64,000 nucleotides of DNA, taken from the NCBI GenBank assembly GCA_036172245.1, contig JAYWIR010000037.1, positions 1,922,001 through 1,986,000 on the forward strand, read 5' to 3'. Shown piece after piece: positions 36,501-48,500 of this stretch. The DNA comes from Raillietiella orientalis. Lineage: Eukaryota. Made by a program: the position numbers and the translations under genes. Below the pieces are notes generated by a model, which worked only from the letters and a program-made list of their open reading frames with translations, was not told the origin of the DNA and searched no databases. Position 1 is the first letter of the stretch, and each line of letters begins with the position of its first letter.

Positions 36501-39500
36501 AAAGCATATCTCTGAAATGGCATGATAAGGAAGATGCTTATCACAGAACATTTGCACGCCAACATGGCGAACAAAGGATAAAAGTAACAGAAGGAAGGAG
36601 TAGGCCAGGAAAATGTTATAAAACCAGCACGTGTGGTTGAGCATAATTGAGGCATGGTCAGTGCTGATCAAGGACATTGACTGCTGGTGTGCTATACAAA
36701 AATGTGCAAAGGGATACAGGAAAACCTTCCTTCTGTTGTTTGTTTGATATCTCTGTGCACCCCGAAATTGTTTTATATCCCCCAATTAGTGGTACAATGA
36801 CGAAAAAAGGTATTGCCATTTTTCGTCTGGACGTTGCAGAGGAATTATTAATGCAAGAGTTCCTTCCTCGTGGACACCCTCCTCATAAAAGACGCACCAA
36901 CTCACTTCCCAAAGCACATTTCACCAACTAGCAGCAAAAGACATCCTGCTAGGAGGTGTCATGTGTGTTATACACATAAGATTGCCATCTAAACCATAAC
37001 CAATATTATCGTTTACTAGCATGTTTTGAGAAAAGTAATCCTTCATTCTTATTTGAATTCTTTCTTTTCTTTTTTCCTTTTTTTCCAATCTCATTATGCT
37101 CTCCAATGCATTAGGATTCTGTGCAATAATTTTTTCCCCAGTTTATTGAATTGCAAACTGAATTACGTTGTTTCCTTTGTGACCTCTATATTGAGATCAG
37201 CAACAAAATCAAACGATTTATTTATGGGAAATAGTTTTTAATTAAATCATGTGCCAAGTGATTAAACGTAGAAATGACTATTTTTCATCCAAAAGGACAC
37301 TTTAGCACAATAATAAGAAACCTGATGTTATAAGGCATCCTTCATTCTTATGACTTTATCTCTCTTTGGAACAGAAGTTTTTGAGACGTGTCTAAGAGAA
37401 GGCGCAAGCCTCGAAATAATGGGGATCGACGTTTCTAATAGGTTCTGGCTCTACAACACTCTCAGTGTGTGTTGAACAGAACCCAGAAATTGGTGATCTT
37501 AACAGCACTCACCCTGAAAAAGCTCATTGTCGATCCAGCCTGCAGTGTACCATATTCGATATCGTTCTGTTCTACCAAATCAGCAGCTCTCTGAATCGGC
37601 GTTGTCATTCTCTCAACCGTCAAGAAAGCAGCCAAATTAGCTGTGTATGAGGAAATGATAATCAATGTGAAGAACCACCAGATGGCGCCGACCATTCGAG
37701 TTGAAGTCGTCTGAAAGCAGAAGGTTTTACTTTCAGTGATGTTTGATTTGAAAACACGAAGGTTTTTCTCGCGAAGCATGAACTCAATTGATGTTGCTCA
37801 TATGATCAGTTTCGAGCTAAGAGTGATGCGCTTAAAGAAGGCTCTTTCTTTGATCAGTTGGACGTTTTCTTAGCCAAACAGCAAAACAGAAAGGTGCAGT
37901 GGGAGTTCCTATTCGAACTGATGGGGGACTTGGTGAATTTAACCGTGATTAGCTTTTCTCTTAGAGAGTTCATACGAAAACCTGTATTAGTAAAGAAAAA
38001 ATAAACACTTCCAACAAAAATATCACGTAAACTACCTTTGAAGATTCAGCAAATCCAAAGGCCAAAGATGAAACAAATGATGCAAAGAAAGATGGGGAAA
38101 GCGAATGAGGACTTAAAGAATATGCAGAAGACCACAAAGTGTGCTCAACATCTCCGTGGTCTTTTGCCAAATTAATGTTCTTATGGAGCCCTTAAGAAAT
38201 ATACAAGATTATAGGATCGCAAATGTACCTTACATTCCTCATCATTCAGGAAAATTCGATGCTGAGTTAATCTTTAAGTAAAGTAAAACTTTGTTCCAAC
38301 GCTGAGAAGCAGTTTTTTTTTAGACAACAGTAAAAACTTGCTGTTTCTTTTAAGGAGTCCTGCTTGTCGGATTTGCAACCATCACTTTTTTACGGAACTC
38401 ATCTCAAATGTAAGAGCCGATCGGATATAAAGAAAGAACAAATAAGAGAAACAAAAACGCATTGGTGGTTCTAAACACATCCGTCCATCCCCATGTCATT
38501 TTTCTGCGTGGTCACCATTCCTTTCCAAACACCTTTGACACCGTGGAAAAAGCCTTTTTGAAACCCTTTGAGTAAAATTCCGCCGCCTGGGTGTCAGGTC
38601 GGTTCAGAACTGCAACACTTTCAACTCCTCATCACTTTCCTCGAATCGTTGAGCCACTCCTGAAGATGCGAGAAGGAAGAAGTCACTGGGCGGAGCTGTA
38701 AAAAGGGTGATCAAAAAGTTCTCATTTGAATTCCTGAATTGCCTGGAAAGTGCGGACAGCAGTGTGTGGGGCCAAAGGGGTGTGCTTCCGGTGGACTTTA
38801 TGGAACAACCGTCACTTTGCAAGTCTGCTGTGAAGCACTTTCCAAACTGCGGCGGGCCATTCAGAACCGACGACGTGGAATGCTGAGGTCAGGAATGGTT
38901 CTCCTCCTCCACGACAACGCGCGCCTTGGCAACAACACATGCTGTCCGCACATTCCAGAGGGATTCGGAAATTCAAATGGGGACTTTTCAATATCACCCA
39001 TTCTTACAGTCCCGCCCGGTGACTACCACGTCTTCCTTCTTGCATCTCCAGAAGTGGCTCAACGACTCGAGGAAAGTGAAGAAGAGTGGAAAACTGCAGT
39101 CCGGCTGAACTCCCAGAAGGCAGAATTTTCAAAAAGGCTTTTTCCACGGTGTCAAAGGTGTTTGGAAAGGAATGGTGGCTGCGCAGAAAAATGACATGGG
39201 GATGGATGGATGTGTTTAGAACCACCAATGCATTTTCGTTTCTCTTATTTGTTCTTTGAGCAGTTCTCTGTTTCAATGGCAATTTCTTTAAGCCCCCAAT
39301 GGGCTTGTTTCTAGAAGGATGTTTGCTGAAAATAAAAAATGTACAAATCCAGAAAAGCACTTAGAGGTGTAGAATATTAAGGGAAGCAATTGGACACGTC
39401 TTGAAGCCTTTGTGCTTGACTGGAAAAAGTGAGCAAAGGAAAAACACGCAAGTGTTAATCAACTCAAAGTGGATGTGTCAAAGTTCTCGTCAAGGCCATT

Positions 39501-42500
39501 GCTATTGTCAGCAGCCATAAGCTATATTTCTCTTTAAGACATACTGATTCTAGAAGAGTTTAAAGAAAAGGTTAGAACTTAAAGAATTTCTGTGTACCTT
39601 GAACACCCGAATTCTTTAAGATAGCGCGAGTTCAGCATGAGCCAACATGTCGCACCATGCAGTATCACGACGAGAACCGCGGTTTCTGAACTCATTTTGC
39701 TACTACTTGTGCCTAAGAAATTCTTTTGCACGTGACCAATTGGGAAACTTGAAATTTTAGTGTTCACTTTTATTTGTTTGGTTACTGCTTGCGCGCTGTT
39801 CTCTCTGTCTCAAAGATCAGGGAGAAAAGTTCTCGAATCCTCCAACTAGCATCTATTGATTTTTGCTATCCAGCCCGTACCGAACTTACAAATTAGCTAA
39901 TTCGCATTTCTTAGCTGTGATCTCCTTCTACGTACCTTTGGATTGAGATCTGAGCCTTGTTGCATTAAAGTTCCTATGGTAAACCAAAAGCTGTTTCCCA
40001 AGTTGAAGTGGTTTTCATCGGCATTCTTGTTCACGGAGCTGTGCCAGTCTTGTAAGCTGATTCTAGCCACAATAAACATGGTAATGGAAACGAGAATGTA
40101 TGCTATAAGTGCGTATATCCAGATTTCCAGTACAAACGGATTCATGAAGGAGAATATCTTGGCTCCCTCTTCAGTTGGACTCTGAAAAAGGCTGCATCAG
40201 TGTCAATGATACGAGAGAGGCATTTTCAAAAATTGCTTAGAAAAGTGCTGTGGAAGGAGTGGTCACTCAAAAATACTGAGACGCTGTTACTTTGCTTCGT
40301 CTTTTGATTGACAGCGCTTTTTCAAAGATGAAAGCAGCAACCCCGAAAGACATCACCACGAAAGTCCGGAGGTAATATTAACGTGATGCATAGCGTGCAA
40401 TAGAGACCGTTTTGAATTTAGACTTCAAGGAATGAAAGAAAAGATCATTTTAGAAAGTAGAAAAGTAAATGGATATCTCCATGCTTATCTGAGAGTATTG
40501 AACAAATCGTAATTCGGAAGATTTGGTACAGTGCCTCGAAGCTTCGCATTTATTGAAAAAACATGAAAAGTGTGGTCTAAACAAATGCCAAGTTTATTTT
40601 GGTGATTTTTGATTCACCTCTTCCAATATGAAACTATGAATAGCAATCTGAAGGAGGAGAACAAAAAAAAAAAAAAAAAAAATCGCATGAAAGCGCCATG
40701 CATAATAAAAAATGTGGACCTTCTCTGCCAGAATAGCGCACTTTCGGTGCCGAATGTGCTAGGTGATATCTTAAGATAGCCTGAATTCAGCATGGGCGAA
40801 AACGCTGCACCATTTCAGTACCACAGTGAGAACCACGGCTTGATGGACTCATTTTGCTAATAGCTCCATCTAAAGAATTCTTTTCTACGTGACCACATGG
40901 GAAATTGAGACCTGACTCTTATGATGACGCATGTGATGGCTGCAATGACCCACCGATAATGAATACCGGCAGTGGAACAAGAGCACGGATGGACAGATGT
41001 GTGCCGCTGGACAGTAGGCAAACATTGCTGTGCAAGAATTGTACGGGCATCACCAGACGAAACGTAAAAATTGACATGCTTAGAGGAATAAACAGGTTTG
41101 ATCCAAAACACCCAGAAACAGAGATATCTTTGTGCTTATGTGCAGTGCTGCCACTGCACTTAAGTGGCGCGAAATGGGCTATGCTTGTTTAATTAACCCG
41201 AAATTACAGAACCACTTCGCGTTCCGAAAGTCGGCTGTTGTTCTGGAAAATGGGAGATTACAAAACCCTAGTAGCGGCAGTGGGGGAATGGGGAGAGGTC
41301 ATCAGTTTAGCACGACATTCTGCCCAGTTAGTTTAGCAATGGGTTATAGATAAGGCGTTTGAGAGCCCTCGATTTACATTCGTTCCTGGGAACAAACCTC
41401 GAAAAAAAAAAAAAAAAATGAGGAACAGCATCACGAGGAGCAGAACCGAATCATCGAACAGATTTCGGCTACGTGCTTCGTCACCAACAGAATGAAATTT
41501 GTAATATCAGTTTGTTGACCTTCAGGAAAATGAAGAGTTCTCATCAGTTTGAAGCACTGTTCGAAACTTACTGAGGCTGAAGAGACTCTCTTGCACGAGG
41601 GAGCCGAAAACAACTCATAAAAACAGCAGAGGTGTAGCCAAGTGGATCGGCTTCATCTCAAAGGATCCCTCGGTGTCCAAATATGGCAGCTGGAGGTATC
41701 TTGGTATACGGGCTAGGTGGATCGCATGGACGCAGCAGCTCAGAAAGAGCATGGGGTTCTAGAAAGCTTTCCGTTCACAAAGCCTCTAGATCCACGGAGA
41801 GGTGCCACACTTGAACGACGAGAAGAGATTTCACGCATTCAGAAACAGCCAGAGACAACCTGAGCGGCTGGAGGAGGAGGCTGAGGTGGAAAGGCAGCAC
41901 CTCCAGAGGACTCAGTACACCGATGTAAATTTCAACGAATCGTTAATGGACGACGAAGGACTTTTCAAAGCAACGAGGAATGAACTTTGTTTAGCTACTT
42001 CGACAGAGCGGATGCTGGTGGAAACGAAAAAAACGGACAACCAGTGCTTCACTCGAGAAGCGCCTGATATCAGAATAATTTGTAAAAGTAATGACAGCCT
42101 GTATTGCATAAGGCCAAAGTCAGCAATAAGACGCCACAGCATCAAGAATTTTCTCGGCACCAAGAGTCAGACTCACGTATTGGATCACTTGAGAATCACT
42201 TCAGCGTAGAGATCCTTGCATGCCATTAGAAAGTCCATTGATTCTCTTACCTACGGAGGCAACTGGAGAGCAAAATCCTGAAGGGATTCTGTGACAAGCA
42301 GCAATGCTATGTGAGCAAACAAATGACTAATGAAGACTGTTTCAGATGGCACTGGGATTCCTCTACAGAGAACAACGGAATTCGAAACCAGACACAAGGA
42401 AACGAAGCTGCAGGTGATCCGGTGTTTCCTACATGCTTCAGAACTCGATGGTAATCTTGTCTCTGCCTCAAAGATCCGGTGGAAGACAAACTGTGTTTTC

Positions 42501-45500
42501 ATTAGATGCTGCTTCCATCCGAGGTGACTCACTTCCAAGGCTTAGGGGGAAAGAAACCAAATCGATTCAGAAACAAAATGAAGGCATTCTGTTTAGAGTT
42601 CTAGTCCCAGTCAGAATAGGGAAAGCATCTGCATGCATATCTCTTTCTTCCCTTGCAGTAAAGTATTTGATGCCCACTTGCAGCTGACCGTTTCAGAAGA
42701 ATCTTTGTCAAACATGCTGTTGCGACCAAATGCCTTCGTTCTCAAATCCAAAGTCCCATTGAGGGAGGAAGAATTCATTGAGGATGGCTGTTCGAAGATG
42801 CACGTTATTGCTCATCTTCAGTTAAAGCAAACAACTAGAGTCAGTGGTCACCAATAAGGTTCGGAAAACTTCATCAGCAAGGCAGATTAGAGGATGAAGA
42901 CAGCACATCAACGGAGATGTCAAGAAGTGTACATTGACATCGTAGTTGCGCCGAAGCACATCAGAGAGACGTAAGTCATGCAAACCAATGATGTAAATCT
43001 CTCACCGCATCAGTTTCGAACCGGATTTACTTCTCAACAGAAATGCAAATCAGTTGGATGCTAATGCACATCTCTTGCAGAAAAAGAGCGTTCAAGACCG
43101 AAGTATTTCGCTTCAGGAATGCCAAATCCTCTTCAGTTTTATATGCCACCTTTGCCGTCGACTAATCACTCGAAACAAAATTCGGGATTTCAAAAGGAAC
43201 AACTCTGTCCACGTTGGCGGTCGTGTGGATACGGTCTCCACGAGTGCCGGCAAACGCTGCTTGTCCGAGCCATACCTGGGGAAGGATCGACTCCGAGAAA
43301 TGAGTGAGTCGTACGTTTCGAGTCCTCCCTCCCCCACAAGATGACGCTGGTTGACCTATTCGGACCCGGCACCGGTGGAAACCGGAAACCGGATGCTCCC
43401 GTTGACTGGACGGGATTGCGAGCTGAATTCCCGGGGTCCTTCCAGGAATGCCTTCTGGATTCGCCTCCAGCTGTGAAAATAAAGCCTCCTACCATGGAGC
43501 TGGTTGATGCCACCCTTAGGGAGGTTGTCTCTCTGAAGGGCGCTGCTCCCTTCGGGGAACGTCCTTCAGAGAAATTCGGAAGCATCTCTTCGGGGTTCCC
43601 TTCAGAGGAGTAACAAGGAGCGGTTCCCTCAGGAGAAGAAATTCCAGGAGTGGATCTTTTCCGGAGGGTCCCTCCGAAAACAGCAATGGAAAGGTTCCCT
43701 TCGGGGCTCCCTCCCAAGCGTAAGAGGAACGGACTCCTTGCTCCGGAGTCTTCCTGGATTCGTAGGAATTATCTCCCATAAGTTGAAGAGTCAACACGCA
43801 CTCTCGGATGACGTAGAACAGTGGTAAAGTGCTTTGCAAGCCCCCTAGGCGAACGTTCCTCGAGTGCTTAGCAAACCAAAAAAAGGCTTGCAAGATTGGG
43901 ACCGCAGGCATAGTCACTGTAAATTTTCTGGATGGACCGAAGGCTTTAGTCGTGGGCCAGGAATCTGAATGCATGTGCAAAATAGAGCTCACTGGAAACA
44001 GCTGATGGAAAAATCAATCATTTGGGCTGAGCTCACGATGTGTATGGAAAAAATCCGCATCATACAACTTTCATCGACTTTCATTTCACCAGAAATCGTC
44101 CTGGGAACCTGCAAGTTCGATTACGGTACCGCGTTTGCTGGATTCAAATGATTTGCATTTCGGTTGAAAGAAGGGAAAATCATTCATCCCAAACGAGCAT
44201 ACAGCATTCGGGAATAATTTTGAGTTTCGTATGATGACGAAGAAAAAGTTCGCTTCTTACACGGAAAAGGATGCTTATTCCTAAGTGCATGAATGGTTTG
44301 GTGAAGTCGATGACCTCGTTCCTGGCGTACAATATGCTCATGGATCCCACCGCTAGATCAGCCTTCTGAAAAGAAAGAATATTACAATGTTCGTCTTGCA
44401 AAATTACCTTCATGATGTACACAAATTTCACGATTGTTTCAAAATTTCTTTTCAAGTCTTTCCTGATGCACACAAGTTTTGCGTGCCTCAGGGTAGGCTG
44501 CAAACACATCATCTTCAGTGAATGCAGACACGCTTCATGGGATGTTATTTGGTATTTGCAGAAATTATTGGGTGTGATAGGCATGGAAATTTCTTTGAAA
44601 TGTTCGCTCAGATCTATTGCGCTGTTTCCAGGCATCACATGGTCGCTGTGAAAATGATGGACACGAGGGGTGCACTGGTTAACACGGTACTCCATGACAT
44701 TCAAGTCATTTTTGAATTATTCTATGTCATGAATGGAGGCGTTTCTTTGGTGATGGAAAAAAGCTTGTTTTTTCTTGAAGACCCACGAAGGAAAACCCGA
44801 CTTGCATTTCGTAAAGTTGGAGGTGAAAGTCAGATTCAAATTCGAGGTCATATCTTTGTATTTCTCATAAACCTTATTTCTCAACAGTCCAGTGCCTCAA
44901 CTTATCAGGGCTATTCCTTCGATTTTTTCTTCCTTTTGGTTCTTCTTCTTAGTTGTCAGGAAATTCCCCCTTATTCATATAAAAATATGAGTTTACAGCT
45001 CTGTGGCTCCAAAAGAAGGAGGGTATTGAGAAGTTATCTATTATCACCCTTGTATCCACAATAAATCATCTCACATGCACATATGAGCATCGTTTTAGCA
45101 TCTTACTGTTGCATTTGTCAGTCACATACATTTATAATGCTTAGAATGGAAATCAACCATCTCACTACTCATTCCTTAGAAATTACTCTTAATTTAAGAA
45201 TCTGTGTCTATTCTCTCTACATTATCTGAAAGAGAATGTAGATATTTCAGAAATAAGTGGCTAGCACTCTACTTATTTCTGAAAGATCTGATCACGGGAA
45301 AAGCTGATGTGCTCATGTAATTATTTTCTTTTCTCATTAACTGTGATTTCCTTATTGACAACTGATTGCCCACAAAAGGTGCGATGATGGCTCTATAATT
45401 TCGAAATTCGCTGAATCCCCTCTTGTTAGAGATGGGGTGAGGGAACGGATTCGGGACTGTTGATCACAAACGCCAGGGTTGGTTTCCTGACTATTCTGTC

Positions 45501-48500
45501 TACTTCCAGGACAAGAAAATTCCTGTCCCCGTGCCATATCGGACTCTTCGTTCTCCTGAATTTCGGGTTGAGCAAGGAATTGCAAGAAGATAAGGGTATT
45601 CACATTCCATAAAATAGAACGACTAGCTCTAAAGACTGTCAGAAGAGCGATGGTTATATCTACAGTCCACATGAAAGCTTGACATTTGTCTACCATCAAA
45701 CCGAAAGTGATCCTTGTTTTGAAAGTGGGATTTTCTCAGATATTGAAATAGCAAACCAGCAAATATTAAATCCACTTCAAATATTACCTCCTGAGACAGC
45801 CTGCAGTTCATCCTTAATGACTGAGGAAAAGAAGGAATTCATTCGATCCTACTGAATGGAGAGGACTCTTATTAAGAGTATCTTATTTCAATATGCATTC
45901 AGACAAGGATAAATTATATGCATTCGGACAGGACAGCGAGGAGCATAATCAGCGTATGTGAAGCGCCACCATTTTGGTACACATCCGTGTGCATCTTCTG
46001 ACATCACTATTCGTGCGTGCATCGCAACCCTTAGAGGATTTCCGTGTCTTCAGAGTAAAGCAAATTTTCCCACTATTGCAATCACGGCTGCTATCCTATG
46101 CATTTGCCCTCTAGAATTTTCAGAATCAGGGCTTCGTGCTCTCTGAATTTGGTCCTCCTCCTCTGTACCGGTTTGCGGAACAACGTAGCGAGCTTTGGTT
46201 CCAAAGTGAAAAATGCACGAACAGTTGGTTAGATCCAGATTGTGCTCATCCATAGATACCTGGATACCCATTCGTTGCATATTATCAGCTGGGAGGGTAT
46301 ATGTCGAAGCACTTTGCATTTTTCCGTGGATGAGCACAGCCTGAAGTACCACCCTGGATCTCAGGAATCGGAAAAATAAGAAAACAATCGGGAAGGAAGA
46401 AATGGAGATTACTGAAAGCGATTCTTTGCAAGATCCGTAAAGTAAGTTGAGCAGAAGGCGCACAGAAAAAAATGGCAGCGTGGTGACAAGGACGAAAAAT
46501 CGATGATGATCTTCTAGCAACGAACACCAATGGGGGGCTTCGAGATTCGTAGCTGCTTCTCATTCTGATATGCGTCCAATTATCCACTTTCCCTTGAGAA
46601 AGAATAGGACGAGCTGACTGGTTGCGATGCAAAGATATTGGAAGAAAAATCTTTTTTTTGATTTAGACATACAGATATATTCCGTGAGAAGAGGTAATTT
46701 GATAACATACTGAGAGGGCGTGGCGGAAATAAGCTAGCGAGTCTGTCATCTTCGTTGAGCGTTTGTTCTGATGATGGAATGTAACCTAGGGAAACAGATC
46801 GGAGGGACGAGTAGAGAGCTGACTCAATTAGCGAGATAAGATGTTCCTATGAAAGGGGTAAACTGAATATGAATCGAGATTTAGATGATGCTAGCATGAG
46901 AAAAAGGGCCAGTCGGTGTCGTCTGCTTCAACAGACACCACAGTGCTGTTTGAGAGATTATGGACCCTGATTTGGATATTCACCTGAGTTGGTATTTTTT
47001 GCACGATTTGGTTACAGCCATTATGTTTTTTTTTTGTTGTTGTTGTTGTTCAGAAGTGGAGACATTTACATGAAAGACCGAATATAGATTTTTTCAACAC
47101 TGAATTTGGAATCAGAACAAAGAACATGACTTTCTTATCTTTCTGTGTTTTTCTCCTTATTGTATATCATTAGCACCACTGCATTTCTTAGTAGGGATCT
47201 GAAAGCTTGCAGACTAATCAGAGGCACCACGGAGATCATTCGTACAGGATTTCTTATGAATTAAAGATAGTGCATGAAGAAGCCCTAAACCAATCATGAT
47301 AGCCTGGCAGCAGTACAATATTAAACCTACAATACATTTCGCAGTTGCTTTTTAATGCTATTCAATAAATGGAATGGAAAATGAGTAATCGATAGGATGT
47401 CCGCGACGATGAAAGAATATAGATCTGTTAGACCTATTGATTTGGTTCCAAAAGATCGAAATCAAAAAGACTTGAAACTGAGAATTCCGTATTTTCTGTG
47501 TAATCTTTTCTTTGAGCACTTAGAAAAAAGGGAAATGCCCATTAAGAGTTGCACGGATGGTTCCAGTATGTGTCCGAAACGCTTTCCAATAGAAGAGGGT
47601 GGCTTGTGGGTTACTTGATAAACCGCATGAAGCTCAAGTACATTTGACTTTTGATAATCGGCGATTGAATGTATTCTCAAAAAAGGCAAGATTGATCGCT
47701 TTCGCAAAAATAGAGGTGCTTTTCGGGATCAATCTCCTCCGTTTATGGCGCAAACTCGTTGCTCTTCATCACATTCTATCGTCCCTTCTTCCTGTCACAT
47801 ACGCTTACCCTTTATTGTGCTTTGCCTGCCTTCTGCTCAAACATCTTCCTCTTCCTGTTTTACATGAATTACGATGGCATAATACCATGACAACAGCTCA
47901 GTGCCATTCACTTCATTTCTTTCCCTGTTCGTTTCCAGGTGCATCTTCTCCATGAAAATAGATCGTCCTTTTTCGGTGGTATCTAATATGTATGATATAA
48001 TCTTAAGCTTGTATTTATCTTTTCTATACCTACTGCATCCACTTTCTGTAGCTACTCTGTTGCTAACCAACAAATGTCCTTCAGCACAATAAGTGCCTAT
48101 TTCACAATCTTTGCAATGACTGCTTTTTAAATGCTGGATTTAGGAACCGAGTGTGATCTCTTTCTCTTTTAGCTTCTCCCCAAAGACTTGTTTTGTAACC
48201 AAATTCGAAAATTCTGGTTCTACTCAAATCAACGGAAGCTGCCAAACTAAGGTTTCTGCTTTCATCATTAATGTGCAGATTCGAAAGTAAGTGCAGGCAG
48301 TAAATGGAGATGCAGCATTTTATGAAAGCAGCATCCACTTATACGTTTATTTATGAATGTGATTAAATAGCTAACAGTCTGACTACTTACCAATGCGTGG
48401 TTATTTCTATGGGATTTAGGTACACGCTTTTTCCAGACTATCGCGGTACTCTTTTTTCAGCGACGCCCGAATAGAAAAAGGCACTTTCAGAATTCAAGGG

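Noticed and set aside
21547..41418. Numerous 15-25 nt A or T runs
   Set aside because: Mononucleotide tracts; only the run at 28044-28067 follows a recognisable retroelement end
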